Shown: positions 52,977 to 62,209 of the stretch, in pieces
Layout: the number at the start of each line of letters is the position of its first letter
How positions within the stretch are numbered: the first letter of the stretch is position 1
Virus record (IMG/VR): IMGVR_UViG_3300046167_000801
Reading direction: 5' to 3' (one strand)
DNA: 64,000 bases
Source: a virus
Lineage: Duplodnaviria > Caudoviricetes
The notes under the pieces: generated by a model
Told to the model about the DNA's origin: nothing
The model's database searches: none
What the model saw: the letters and a program-made list of their open reading frames with translations, nothing else
Program-made: the position numbers and the translations under genes

Positions 52977-53772
52977 AAAAATTATACATACTGCCGACAT
53001 ACATATACGTAGGACTAAGTACCACGATATGTATATTGAACAATTTGAAAAGTTTATTGAGAGTGCTAAGGAACAAGTAAAGGGTTATGAATACCACGAA
53101 ATAAGGGTCGTTATTGCGGGTGACTTGGTTCATGAAAAGATAAACATATCTAACGAACAATTAGTAATATTATCTAAATTCTTAAATGACATTACTCGTG
53201 AAATAGGTAAGGTAGTTATCATACCCGGTAATCATGATTTCTTAGAAAATAATCACGAAAGGGTTGATAGTATAACACCTGTTGTTGAAATGATGAAAAA
53301 CGACAACATTGTCTACTATAAAGATAGTGAGGTTTATAAAGACGAGAATATTAATTGGGTTGTCTACTCACTATACCAACACAATCAAAGACCTGTATTT
53401 GAAAAAGAAGACGGGTTATATGTCGGTCTTTTCCATAGTCCAATTGCGGGATTATCCACCGACACTGGTTATGAGTTTGAAGACGGATATTCTCCTTTAA
53501 ATTTTAAGGACCTTGACATATTATTATGTGGAGACATTCATAAGAGACAAGTTTTTGAATTACCTGATGGTGGGAGAGCGGTTATGGTTGGTTCATTAGT
53601 ACAACAAAACTTTGGCGAAACGGTAAAACATCACGGATATGGTATTTATGATGTAGAGACCGATGACTATGAGTTCTTTGATTTGGAAAACAAACAACCA
53701 TTTCTTCACTTCTCAATAAACGACATTAAAGATATTGATGATGAAAAAGAAATCCTCCTTAATATTGGATGA
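52969..53772 (+). CDS. sbcD: Metallophosphoesterase, SbcD/Mre11/gp47-like nuclease subunit
   Basis: HTADIH, IAGDLVH, PGNHD and CGDIHKRQ motifs; an SbcC-like ATPase lies nearby. Confidence 0.8.
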   Translation: MIKKIIHTADIHIRRTKYHDMYIEQFEKFIESAKEQVKGYEYHEIRVVIAGDLVHEKINISNEQLVILSKFLNDITREIGKVVIIPGNHDFLENNHERVDSITPVVEMMKNDNIVYYKDSEVYKDENINWVVYSLYQHNQRPVFEKEDGLYVGLFHSPIAGLSTDTGYEFEDGYSPLNFKDLDILLCGDIHKRQVFELPDGGRAVMVGSLVQQNFGETVKHHGYGIYDVETDDYEFFDLENKQPFLHFSINDIKDIDDEKEILLNIG

Positions 53773-54325
53773 TGAATTCCTTGAATACTGTGAACTAAAT
53801 AAAATAGTTAAGGTAAACAAGTTAGCAAAGGAAACATTTGACAGAGGATTCACTATCTTAAAATACGGTGAAACTCCCTCCTTTTTAAAAGGTAAGGAAG
53901 TCATTAAGGAGATTGAGAAAGAAGTCGTAAAAGAAATTGAAGTAATCAAAGAAGTAGAAAAACCTGTTGAAGTAATCAAAGAGGTTGAAAAGATAGTTGA
54001 AGTAGAAAAACCTATCGAAGTAATAGTAGAAAAGGAAATATACATAACTGATGACGAGCAGGTCAAACAACTCGGTGATAAAATCTCTGAATTAGAAAAA
54101 GATAAAAAAGGACTATCAAAAAAAGTCACCTCACTTGAGACAAAACTTAAAAAGAAACCTAAGAAAGTTGTAAAGGAGGTTATCAATAACGATGAGATTG
54201 AGAAATTGAAAGAAGAGAATAAAAAACTTAAAGAGGAGTTAGAAAAAATAACCTCATCTCTATCCAACCTAAACAAAGCAAAATACATTAAAAATTCCAA
54301 CCTAAACTCATTATACGACGAGTAA
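53735..54325 (+). CDS. Hypothetical protein with EVIKEVEK repeats and a coiled coil
   Basis: 196-aa ORF with KEIEVIKEVEKPVEVIKEVEK repeats. Confidence 0.65.
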   Translation: MMMKKKSSLILDDEFLEYCELNKIVKVNKLAKETFDRGFTILKYGETPSFLKGKEVIKEIEKEVVKEIEVIKEVEKPVEVIKEVEKIVEVEKPIEVIVEKEIYITDDEQVKQLGDKISELEKDKKGLSKKVTSLETKLKKKPKKVVKEVINNDEIEKLKEENKKLKEELEKITSSLSNLNKAKYIKNSNLNSLYDE

Positions 54326-54327
54326 AC

Positions 54328-54362
54328 GGGGTTGACTCTTAATATTAATTTACGTATCTTTT
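54328..54362 (+). promoter_or_regulatory. Putative early/middle promoter GGGGTTGACTCTT-N13-GTATCTTTT
   Basis: Same element as 6784-6818: TTGACT 54332-54337, 17-nt spacer, TATCTT 54355-54360. Confidence 0.65.
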
Positions 54363-54365
54363 AAT

Positions 54366-54677
54366 ATGATAGGTTTATTAATATTTTGGAGTTTTATGGC
54401 GTATGGAATGACGACCATAATAGTATACGGATCAATATTCGAAGGTCTTCGTAATTGGATCAACAAACACTCAAAGTTTTTCGGTGAATTAGTTAATTGT
54501 CCTCTATGTACATCAACATGGGTGGGTTTCTTTTTATCGTTAACCTTAGGAGGTATAAGTTCAAAAATTTTCTCGGTAGGTTATTTTGGGATATTCTTTG
54601 ACGGATTATTCACCGCGGGTGTCGTTTGGGCAATAAACTCTTTTGTAGAATTTTTCGAAGAAAGTAGAATAAAATAA
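54366..54677 (+). CDS. Small membrane protein with CPLC motif (DUF1360-like)
   Basis: Hydrophobic segments and GELVNCPLCTSTWVG. Confidence 0.6.
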   Translation: MIGLLIFWSFMAYGMTTIIVYGSIFEGLRNWINKHSKFFGELVNCPLCTSTWVGFFLSLTLGGISSKIFSVGYFGIFFDGLFTAGVVWAINSFVEFFEESRIK

Positions 54678-54685
54678 GACCATGA

Positions 54686-55198
54686 ATGTTTATACCGGGT
54701 AAATTCAATGATACTCTTATTAGGAATGAAGTGATTAAATTTTTTAAACAACGGTTTAGAATTAATTTAAAACATAATGACATACACAATAAGATAGATC
54801 TTGTAGGTATAAACGATCCCACGTTAGGTGTGGAGGTTGAACATGGTAAATGGAGCGGTAATTTTTGGGAAAACAACAATTACTCACTTATATCTGAACA
54901 GTCTTTTAGGACTGCAAATATCCCAATTAGGAAAGAGAAGTATTGGTTAGATGAATATACGTACTACAATAAAGTAAGGGTTAATCCAAGTAGTCATAAG
55001 AATATATTTGTAAGGTCTAATGTTGATTTCACTCAGTTCTTGATCATTCGTCCCGAGACGGTTAGGAATTCTAAAAAGTTAGTTAGAACCAAATTTAAAC
55101 CTTCAAACAGTAATGAAGTTGAGGAATGGTTATCCTTCAGGGAAAGTGATGTAGAAACTTACAATGTAAAAAATGGAAAATACTATAAAGTAAAATAA
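54686..55198 (+). CDS. Hypothetical protein, possible divergent PD-(D/E)xK nuclease
   Basis: 170 aa. IDLV...GVEVE resembles a nuclease core but lacks the canonical Lys. Confidence 0.45.
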   Translation: MFIPGKFNDTLIRNEVIKFFKQRFRINLKHNDIHNKIDLVGINDPTLGVEVEHGKWSGNFWENNNYSLISEQSFRTANIPIRKEKYWLDEYTYYNKVRVNPSSHKNIFVRSNVDFTQFLIIRPETVRNSKKLVRTKFKPSNSNEVEEWLSFRESDVETYNVKNGKYYKVK

Positions 55199-57538
55199 AT
55201 GAAACACGAAAATCCATACATAAAAGTAACATGGCATGATACCCCTGAAGCATTCACACCTGAAAAAATGAAGAGGGTTAAAAATTACTTTAAAGAAAAA
55301 TACAACACTAGATTCATTAAGGTAATTACCAAAATTCAAACCACAAACAATAATAATAAACTAAAATCACTAGAAATAAGTGAAAGTATTTTAGATCCTA
55401 ATTATCAGAAGTTATTAATGAATGACTTCATTAAACAAAATAACATTGTTACTCATGGTGACATGATTGATAGATTAGATAATAAGGTTAATGAAACTAT
55501 TTTTGCACAAGATGAGACAATTATCAAGTATAATAGGTGGTATATTAAAAATGTTGAGTTTTCAAACTTTCTATCTTTTGGGGAAAACAATAAAATAGAT
55601 TTTGAGAATTTAGACGGTATTACTGTTGTGGAATCTAATCCAAGGAATTTTGGTGGGAAATCTACCTCTACAGTAGATTTATTAATGTTTTTATTCTTTA
55701 ACAGCACCACCAAAACAAACAAATCTGAAGAGATTTTTAATAGATTTACCGATAAAAACCGTGTACATGTAAAAGGTGTGATAACTATCGATGGTGAGGA
55801 CTATGTGATTGAAAGAGAAGTAACTAGAAAATTAGGTAGATCTGAGAAATACACAGTAAAAAATGATTTACAGTTTCATAAAATTCTTGAAGATGGCACA
55901 TATAAGAACTTATCGGGAGAACAACGTAAAGAAACGGAAAAGTTCATTGTCAAAGCAATAGGAACGAAAAAAGACTTCCTCTCAACAATATTAACCACAG
56001 GATATAACTTAGAGGAGTTGATAGACACCAAACCAACCGAAAGAGGTCAAATACTTACGAAATTTATAGGTCTAGAGGCGTTAAAAGAGAAGGAAAGGGT
56101 TTGTAGGGAAATGAAAAACACCTATGAAAGAAAGATGTTATCTAACACTAAAGATAAGTTTACCTTAGAGAATCAGATAGAGACATATTATGATCAGATT
56201 AAAATAAAGGATGGGGAAATTTCTAAGAAAAAGAAGGATTTAACAGATGCAACTAAAAAATTAAAAGATTTAGAAGAAAAGAAAGAGAAAATATTAAGTG
56301 AGAAACACACTGATGTTGATCAGACCTTAGTGAAGACCAATCCAACCACAATTAAGAGTGAAATTAAAGATTGTGATGAAAAAATAAAAAGACTTAATAA
56401 GACTTTAAAAGAAACAGTTGTAAAGGAACCTAAAGATTATTATTTAGAAGAAAAACATGATTCAATAAAGGACTTATTGAGGGATTTATCATTTAAAGTA
56501 AAGGAGGATACTCACAACATAAAAAAATGTGAGGACCAAATACACCAATTAACTGAGGGGAGCACATGTCCTACATGTAAACGACCTTTAGAGGGCGTGG
56601 ACCACACCAAAGAAATAAACTCTAAAAAATTAGAAATCAAGGATTTTGAGAAAACCATTGATAAAACTAATAAGACAATTGAAATAACGACCGAAGAGGA
56701 AGTCAAATTCTCAACACTGAAAAAAGAATACGAGACCTATGAAAAAAATAAACTTATCAATACTCGATACGAACTTGAGATTAGACAAATCGAGATGGAT
56801 AAGAAGGATAAAAAAAACAAACTAGAATTTTTTGAAGCTAACAAAAAGAAACACGAAAGAAATATACAAATAGATAAAGATCTAATAGTACTCAGAACTC
56901 AAATAGACACTGCGTCTTCTGACATTAAACAATCAAATATTTTGGTTGAAAGGTATAAGAATGATATAAAGAACTTTAACGAAAAAATCGACATTAATAA
57001 GAAATTAATAAAAGAAATATTGGTGGAGGAGAAAGTTTTAGAAACATATAAAGTATATTTAACCGTGTTTGGTAAAAATGGTATTTCTAAAACTATTCTG
57101 AGAGACATGATCCCATTTTTAAACAATGAACTAAGTCATTTATTGGATGATAGTTGTATGTTTAAATTAGAGATTAAAATTAATAGTAGTAATGAACTTG
57201 ATTTCATAATGATAGATACAGATACCAGGGTTGTGAAACCCCTTTACGCTGGTTCGGGGTATGAAAGAACAATTGCATCCTTAGCACTTAGAAGTGTACT
57301 AACAAAGGTTTCATCATTACCAAAACCAAACATTGTAGTTATGGATGAAGTATTTGGGAAGATTGCGGACGAAAATTTAGAAATGGTGGGTGAATTCTTC
57401 ATCAAAATTAAAGAATATTTCGAACACATACTAGTAATTTCACATAACCCATTAATTAGGACATGGTCGGATAACCTACTTATGATTGAGAAAAATGAAA
57501 ACATATCATCAATACAATCAATTAATACAAAAATATAA
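55199..57538 (+). CDS. sbcC: SbcC/Rad50/gp46-like SMC ATPase
   Basis: Walker A NFGGKST, coiled coil with CPTC zinc hook, signature AGSGYE, Walker B VVMDE and ISH switch. Confidence 0.88.
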   Translation: MKHENPYIKVTWHDTPEAFTPEKMKRVKNYFKEKYNTRFIKVITKIQTTNNNNKLKSLEISESILDPNYQKLLMNDFIKQNNIVTHGDMIDRLDNKVNETIFAQDETIIKYNRWYIKNVEFSNFLSFGENNKIDFENLDGITVVESNPRNFGGKSTSTVDLLMFLFFNSTTKTNKSEEIFNRFTDKNRVHVKGVITIDGEDYVIEREVTRKLGRSEKYTVKNDLQFHKILEDGTYKNLSGEQRKETEKFIVKAIGTKKDFLSTILTTGYNLEELIDTKPTERGQILTKFIGLEALKEKERVCREMKNTYERKMLSNTKDKFTLENQIETYYDQIKIKDGEISKKKKDLTDATKKLKDLEEKKEKILSEKHTDVDQTLVKTNPTTIKSEIKDCDEKIKRLNKTLKETVVKEPKDYYLEEKHDSIKDLLRDLSFKVKEDTHNIKKCEDQIHQLTEGSTCPTCKRPLEGVDHTKEINSKKLEIKDFEKTIDKTNKTIEITTEEEVKFSTLKKEYETYEKNKLINTRYELEIRQIEMDKKDKKNKLEFFEANKKKHERNIQIDKDLIVLRTQIDTASSDIKQSNILVERYKNDIKNFNEKIDINKKLIKEILVEEKVLETYKVYLTVFGKNGISKTILRDMIPFLNNELSHLLDDSCMFKLEIKINSSNELDFIMIDTDTRVVKPLYAGSGYERTIASLALRSVLTKVSSLPKPNIVVMDEVFGKIADENLEMVGEFFIKIKEYFEHILVISHNPLIRTWSDNLLMIEKNENISSIQSINTKI

Positions 57539-57547
57539 CAAGAATAC

Positions 57548-57577
57548 TTGTACATTCAACAAATTTGTTTAACTTTG
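57548..57577 (+). promoter_or_regulatory. Bacteroidota-type promoter TTG-N19-TAACTTTG upstream of clpP
   Basis: Exact match to the established -7 consensus TAnnTTTG, with TTG 19 nt upstream. Confidence 0.6.
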
Positions 57578-57597
57578 AAAAATCAACAAAACACATT

Positions 57598-58272
57598 ATG
57601 ATACCAAAAGAATATAAAGATTTCAACCTTTACGCAAGAGACCAAAAAGTGAGTGGTTCTCAATTAGATTATTACAATAAACAAATAGAGAATAGTCTAA
57701 CTCCTTATATATTAGAAGAGAGACAAATGAACGTTACCGTAATGGATGTGTTCTCAAGATTAATGATGGAGAGAATCATATGGGTTGCGGGTCCTGTGAA
57801 TGATAACATGTCAACAATCGTTCAGGCACAACTTATGTTCTTAGATAGTATCGATAATAATGACATTACAATGCATATCGACACACCAGGTGGTTCTGTT
57901 AAATCGGGTCTGTCTATGGTGGATGTAATGGATTATATAGATTCCGACATACAAACCATTAATACGGGAATGGCGGCGTCTATGGGTTCTATTCTTTTAG
58001 GTGCAGGAACCAAAGGGAAAAGAGGGTCACTTAGATTTTCAAGAACAATGTTACATCAATCAAGTGGAGGTTTTAGAGGAAACATACAAGATGCGGAAAT
58101 TGACATGGTTGAGTGGAAAAAACTTAATCACCAACTATTCGATCTTTTAGGGGAGTACTGTGATAAACCAGCGTCGGTAGTCATGGAGGACGCAACTCGT
58201 GATATGTGGTTATCCGCAGACGAGGCACTTAAGTATGGAATCATCGACAAAGTGGTAAAAAAGAAAAAATAA
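57598..58272 (+). CDS. clpP: ATP-dependent Clp protease proteolytic subunit
   Basis: DVFSRLMMERII, IDTPGGSV, GMAASMGS (Ser), MLHQ (His) and TRDMW (Asp). The LTPYILEERQ N-terminus is like Bacteroidota ClpP. Confidence 0.93.
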   Translation: MIPKEYKDFNLYARDQKVSGSQLDYYNKQIENSLTPYILEERQMNVTVMDVFSRLMMERIIWVAGPVNDNMSTIVQAQLMFLDSIDNNDITMHIDTPGGSVKSGLSMVDVMDYIDSDIQTINTGMAASMGSILLGAGTKGKRGSLRFSRTMLHQSSGGFRGNIQDAEIDMVEWKKLNHQLFDLLGEYCDKPASVVMEDATRDMWLSADEALKYGIIDKVVKKKK

Positions 58273-58283
58273 ATAAAAATCAA

Positions 58284-58291
58284 TATTTATA
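58284..58291 (+). promoter_or_regulatory. TATTTATA putative late promoter motif
   Basis: Upstream of ATG 58311. Confidence 0.5.
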
Positions 58292-58310
58292 GGAATATAA
58301 CATACACAAC

Positions 58311-59006
58311 ATGAAACGTTTATTAAACATGGATATCAAAACAGTTGCGATCATCGTGTTATGTGTATTCCTTTTATTAAGAAATTGTTCGAATGGTGAT
58401 TCCGAGACTCGAGACATAGTTAAGGTTGACGGTAAAAAGTACGAATTATTAGAACAAAAGGTCGATACCGTAATTATTGAAAAGACTGTTAAAGTTCCAA
58501 CCTATGTACCGAAGTACATTACTAAAGAGGTAATAAAAGAAGTTAAGATTCCTGCAGATATAGATTCATTGGCGGTAGTTAAAGATTACTACACCAAAAT
58601 AACTGTAAGAGATACATTACAACTTGATTACGATTTTCCCGAAGAGGTTAAGGATTCGTTAGGTAATAAACCACCATCTAATTTAGGTTACGGTATTTTG
58701 ACCGACGTGATTAGTCAGAACTCCATACAATCGAGAAATGTAAATTGGGTCTTTAAAATACCTACTGTATATAATACTAAAATTGTTAAGGATTTACCTA
58801 AAACACAATTGTATTATGGTTTTAATTTAGGTTTAAATAGAACAGATATCTTCTCAAGTGTCGGAGGAGGACTTATATTGAAGACTAAGAAGGATAAATT
58901 ATACCAACTTAATATTGGTTTAATAAATCAACCGACCCCCACATCAAGTCTTACACCTTACATTGGTGGTGGTATGTATTGGAAGTTAAATCTTAAGAAA
59001 AAATAA
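58311..59006 (+). CDS. Membrane-anchored protein with amphipathic C-terminal beta-strands (possible spanin-like lysis protein)
   Basis: N-terminal hydrophobic helix followed by Cys (LLLRNC); C-terminus ...YIGGGMYWKL. Confidence 0.5.
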   Translation: MKRLLNMDIKTVAIIVLCVFLLLRNCSNGDSETRDIVKVDGKKYELLEQKVDTVIIEKTVKVPTYVPKYITKEVIKEVKIPADIDSLAVVKDYYTKITVRDTLQLDYDFPEEVKDSLGNKPPSNLGYGILTDVISQNSIQSRNVNWVFKIPTVYNTKIVKDLPKTQLYYGFNLGLNRTDIFSSVGGGLILKTKKDKLYQLNIGLINQPTPTSSLTPYIGGGMYWKLNLKKK

Positions 59007-59459
59007 ATGACAAATACTTTTATACTTTTTATTTTCGGTATGTTTGAGGACACTGAGGATATTGAGTTCTATTGTAATGAAATACTATTAGAAAATCCTG
59101 CGGTTAAATCATTAAGATTTATAGTAGAAAATTCTAAGAATTTAATAGTATTAATAGAGTCAGATAAAACACAAAAAGAATTGAGTAAATCACTACATAA
59201 AGATTTACTTGATCAGAACGTAAAATTCTATTTTATATTTAGGAGAGATGAGATCGTGTCTGCACACATACCTGAACAAGTAAAGAAATTTATTTATGGG
59301 GAAGTAAAGGAAGAGGAGAAATATATTATGGTACAGTATTCTAAGATAAGTAAGGTTGATTCACTTGACTTAGATGAGGTTCTTGAAAAAATTAAAAACA
59401 AAGGAATAGATAGTTTAACAAAAGACGAAAAAAAGTTCTTAGATAATTTTGATTATTGA
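59007..59459 (+). CDS. Hypothetical protein with C-terminal LDEVLEKIxxKGIDSLTxxEKxFL domain (DUF6576-like)
   Basis: The C-terminal motif was recognised by eye. Confidence 0.55.
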   Translation: MTNTFILFIFGMFEDTEDIEFYCNEILLENPAVKSLRFIVENSKNLIVLIESDKTQKELSKSLHKDLLDQNVKFYFIFRRDEIVSAHIPEQVKKFIYGEVKEEEKYIMVQYSKISKVDSLDLDEVLEKIKNKGIDSLTKDEKKFLDNFDY

Positions 59460-59514
59460 CTTTGTTTACATATTTTAGTAGTTCAGTATTCACATTTAAA
59501 AATTTACCACAACC

Positions 59515-60327
59515 ATGAACAAAAGCAACAGTTTTCTAAACACCGAAGAGATAAGTTTCTACCTTAAAGACGTAAAAAAAATACCAACAACCAACAACAA
59601 AAGACTTAAAGAAATTATTCATAGTCTTAAACAAGAAAACATAACCGAAAAAGAAAAATCGGCGTTACAACATGAGTTGGTAAAAGGTAATCTTAGGTTT
59701 GTTATTAGTGTTGCTAAACAATATTCAAATCAGGGGTTAGATTTACCTGATTTAATTTCAGAAGGAAATATTGGTATGATTAGAGCATCTGAAGAATTTG
59801 ACCCTCATAAAAAAGTCAGATTCATTTCTTATGCTGTGTGGTGGATTAGACAGGCAATAATGTCTTCTTTGAATGAAAATGCAAGAACAATAAGATTACC
59901 ATCTAATATTATTCAAGAACATCAGAAAGCAAAAAGAATGGTAGTTTCTGAAGATGATCCCGATTTTGTGGAAAAATATAACAAACAGGCTTCACAATAT
60001 GTTCCAAAAACCGTAAGTTTAAGTAATCCTATTAATGAAGAAGGTGATCAATTGATTGATATTGTCGTTAATAAGGACTCTCTGAATCCTGAGAGTTATT
60101 TGGAAAATGAACAAGAAAGAAAAAAACAAGTGAAGAACGCTCTATCAATTCTAAACGATAAAGAAAGAACGATAATTGAAAAATACTTTGGATTAAATGG
60201 GGTACAATGTAATTTAGAAGACTTGGGTGAAGAGTTTGGATGTACCAAAGAAAGGATCAGACAGGTAAAAGAAAAGGCAATGAAAAAACTTAGAAACGAG
60301 AGTTTTACATTATTAAAATATTTATAA
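59515..60327 (+). CDS. rpoD: Sigma-70 family RNA polymerase sigma factor, Bacteroidota primary-sigma-like (no region 1.1)
   Basis: LVKGNLRFVISVAKQY.NQGL.LPDLISEGNIG...RFISYAVWWIRQAI...RTIRLP (regions 2-3) and LEDLGEEFGCTKERIRQVKEKAMKKLR (region 4.2). Confidence 0.88.
   Translation: MNKSNSFLNTEEISFYLKDVKKIPTTNNKRLKEIIHSLKQENITEKEKSALQHELVKGNLRFVISVAKQYSNQGLDLPDLISEGNIGMIRASEEFDPHKKVRFISYAVWWIRQAIMSSLNENARTIRLPSNIIQEHQKAKRMVVSEDDPDFVEKYNKQASQYVPKTVSLSNPINEEGDQLIDIVVNKDSLNPESYLENEQERKKQVKNALSILNDKERTIIEKYFGLNGVQCNLEDLGEEFGCTKERIRQVKEKAMKKLRNESFTLLKYL
60319..60326 (+). promoter_or_regulatory. TATTTATA putative late promoter motif overlapping the sigma gene stop
   Basis: Upstream of ATG 60345. 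Confidence 0.45.
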
Positions 60328-60344
60328 TAGGAAAAAATATAATT

Positions 60345-60647
60345 ATGAAAAAATTTTTAGAAAAACATTTTATCACTGTAGTTTTCGTCATATTACTTTT
60401 TACCTTTTTTAGAGGTTGTGGTGATAGTAGAGAAATGTCTGCATTGAAAAAAGAAATGGTAGAATTAAAGGAGTTCACCAAAGAAAGAACTTATACTAAA
60501 GAACAATTAGATCTAAGATTAAAAATCGAAGGATTAAAGAGTGAACATAGAATGATACAGGCAACTGACAGAAAAATGTTTGACTTAAACAGACAAACTC
60601 AAATTGAAAAAGAGTTAGAGCTATTACAAAGTGAACTTTTAAAGTAG
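60345..60647 (+). CDS. Small membrane/lipoprotein-like coiled-coil protein (possible lysis accessory)
   Basis: Hydrophobic N-terminus followed by FRGCG and a coiled coil. Confidence 0.55.
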   Translation: MKKFLEKHFITVVFVILLFTFFRGCGDSREMSALKKEMVELKEFTKERTYTKEQLDLRLKIEGLKSEHRMIQATDRKMFDLNRQTQIEKELELLQSELLK

Positions 60648-61862
60648 ATGGGTAAATGGTTGAAGAATAACTTTAGGTTATTAATTTATATTTCGTTTTT
60701 AGTTCCGATCATAACGGTAGCGATAGTTTCTATATCTCACGTTACTGTATGGTATGGTATATCTAATCCAATGTCATGGGCATTATATCTATCAATAGGG
60801 ATAGAGATTGCCGCATTATCCGCATTGGCCGCCATCTCGGCTCAAATGGGATCTAAAGTTTATGTACCCTTTGGTATTGTTACCTTAATACAGTTTATTG
60901 GTAATATTTTCTTCGCATTTGAATTCATTAAAATAGGTAATGAACAGTTTCTCTCTTGGGTAGAGTTAACAGGACCAATATTGGAATACATTGGTATAGA
61001 ACAAGGGGACTTACAATCACATAGAAGATTCTTAGCGATATTTGCGGGTGGTATGTTACCACTAATTTCATTATCATTCCTACACATGTTAGTAAAATTT
61101 AATGAGGAGAATAATGTTGATGCAACTAAAGAGGAGAACGGAGAAGACACTAAAAAAGTAATTGAAGAAGAAACAAAAATAAAACCCACTAATGAAGAAT
61201 TAGATAAGTTAGAACACTTATTAAACAAATTCAAACCAGAGGAAAGAGTCGAACCACCAACACCCGACTTACCTGATGAAGCGAGAGGTTTTGAACCACC
61301 TTCAAAAGTAGAAGATGTCTTTGATGAAAAACCACCTGAGTGGTTTACTGAACAACCTCCAATAAGTGATGAGGAATTGGAACAATGGGCTAAGGAATCT
61401 GAAGACGAGTGGGACGAAGATCATGCATTAGATATGGTAATGAATGATATGGTTCAAGATTTAACAGAGGAGGACCTTAAAGAAATTGAGGTTAACGAAC
61501 CTGAAGAAGTGAAAGAAGAACCTACCCCTAATAAAGTCTCCAATAGATATGAACAAAGAAGTGATTATTTAACTAAAAGTACTGATTGGGATTCAAAAGA
61601 AAAGGAAGGTATATTACCAGATACAATAGAAACTGCGGAGTTAGATTTACAGACAGGAGAAATTTCGACACCCACACCAAAGAAAGAGGTTAGTGTTGAT
61701 ATAGATGAAAATCAATTTACCCCAAAGAATGATTTTGATGTCGATGTGGAGATAAAACCATCACCCACACCAACCCCCACTACTTCACCATTTCCAAACT
61801 TCGTTGTTGGAAAAATACAAGACGAATTGCAGGATCAAACAGAACCTGAAAAAAAAAATTAG
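60648..61862 (+). CDS. Multi-pass membrane protein with a long acidic tail; may extend into 61859..62209 via a -1 shift
   Basis: About four hydrophobic helices in the first ~150 aa, then an E/D/P-rich tail. Ends GAA AAA AAA AAT TAG at an A10 run. Confidence 0.7.
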   Translation: MGKWLKNNFRLLIYISFLVPIITVAIVSISHVTVWYGISNPMSWALYLSIGIEIAALSALAAISAQMGSKVYVPFGIVTLIQFIGNIFFAFEFIKIGNEQFLSWVELTGPILEYIGIEQGDLQSHRRFLAIFAGGMLPLISLSFLHMLVKFNEENNVDATKEENGEDTKKVIEEETKIKPTNEELDKLEHLLNKFKPEERVEPPTPDLPDEARGFEPPSKVEDVFDEKPPEWFTEQPPISDEELEQWAKESEDEWDEDHALDMVMNDMVQDLTEEDLKEIEVNEPEEVKEEPTPNKVSNRYEQRSDYLTKSTDWDSKEKEGILPDTIETAELDLQTGEISTPTPKKEVSVDIDENQFTPKNDFDVDVEIKPSPTPTPTTSPFPNFVVGKIQDELQDQTEPEKKN

Positions 61863-62209
61863 AAGAAGTACTACCTACAGGAACCCAAATTCCAACATTG
61901 ACTTCGGTACCTTTTAATACTCCCACACCTTACCCCACAAGTACGGTAATTCCAACTAGTACACCACAACCTACACCTTACCCCACAAGTAGTCCTACAC
62001 CAAACCCTACTAATACTCCAACTCCCACACCCACGGTAAGTGGTACACCCACACCAACTCCAACCAATACACCTACACCATCACCCACAGTATTTGTGGA
62101 CGACCTTTATATGGAACCTAAAGTTATACCACAAGAACCATATATGATGGTAGGGTCAAAAGTAATCACTAGAAATGTTGGAAATTCGAGACGTAGAAAC
62201 AATAGATAA
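61850..62209 (+). CDS. PT-rich reading frame, probably the -1 frameshift extension of 60648..61862
   Basis: The frame opens at the A run immediately after a TGA ([27 protein letters not shown]...). The only available start is the listed TTG at 61898. Confidence 0.5.
   Translation, partial: KKKLEEVLPTGTQIPTLTSVPFNTPTPYPTSTVIPTSTPQPTPYPTSSPTPNPTNTPTPTPTVSGTPTPTPTNTPTPSPTVFVDDLYMEPKVIPQEPYMMVGSKVITRNVGNSRRRNNR

Noticed and set aside
59456-59486. TTGACT-N17-TAGTTC as a third copy of the twin promoter, upstream of the sigma gene
   Set aside because: Only the -35 hexamer matches; the flanks and the downstream box differ, so it is too weak to call.
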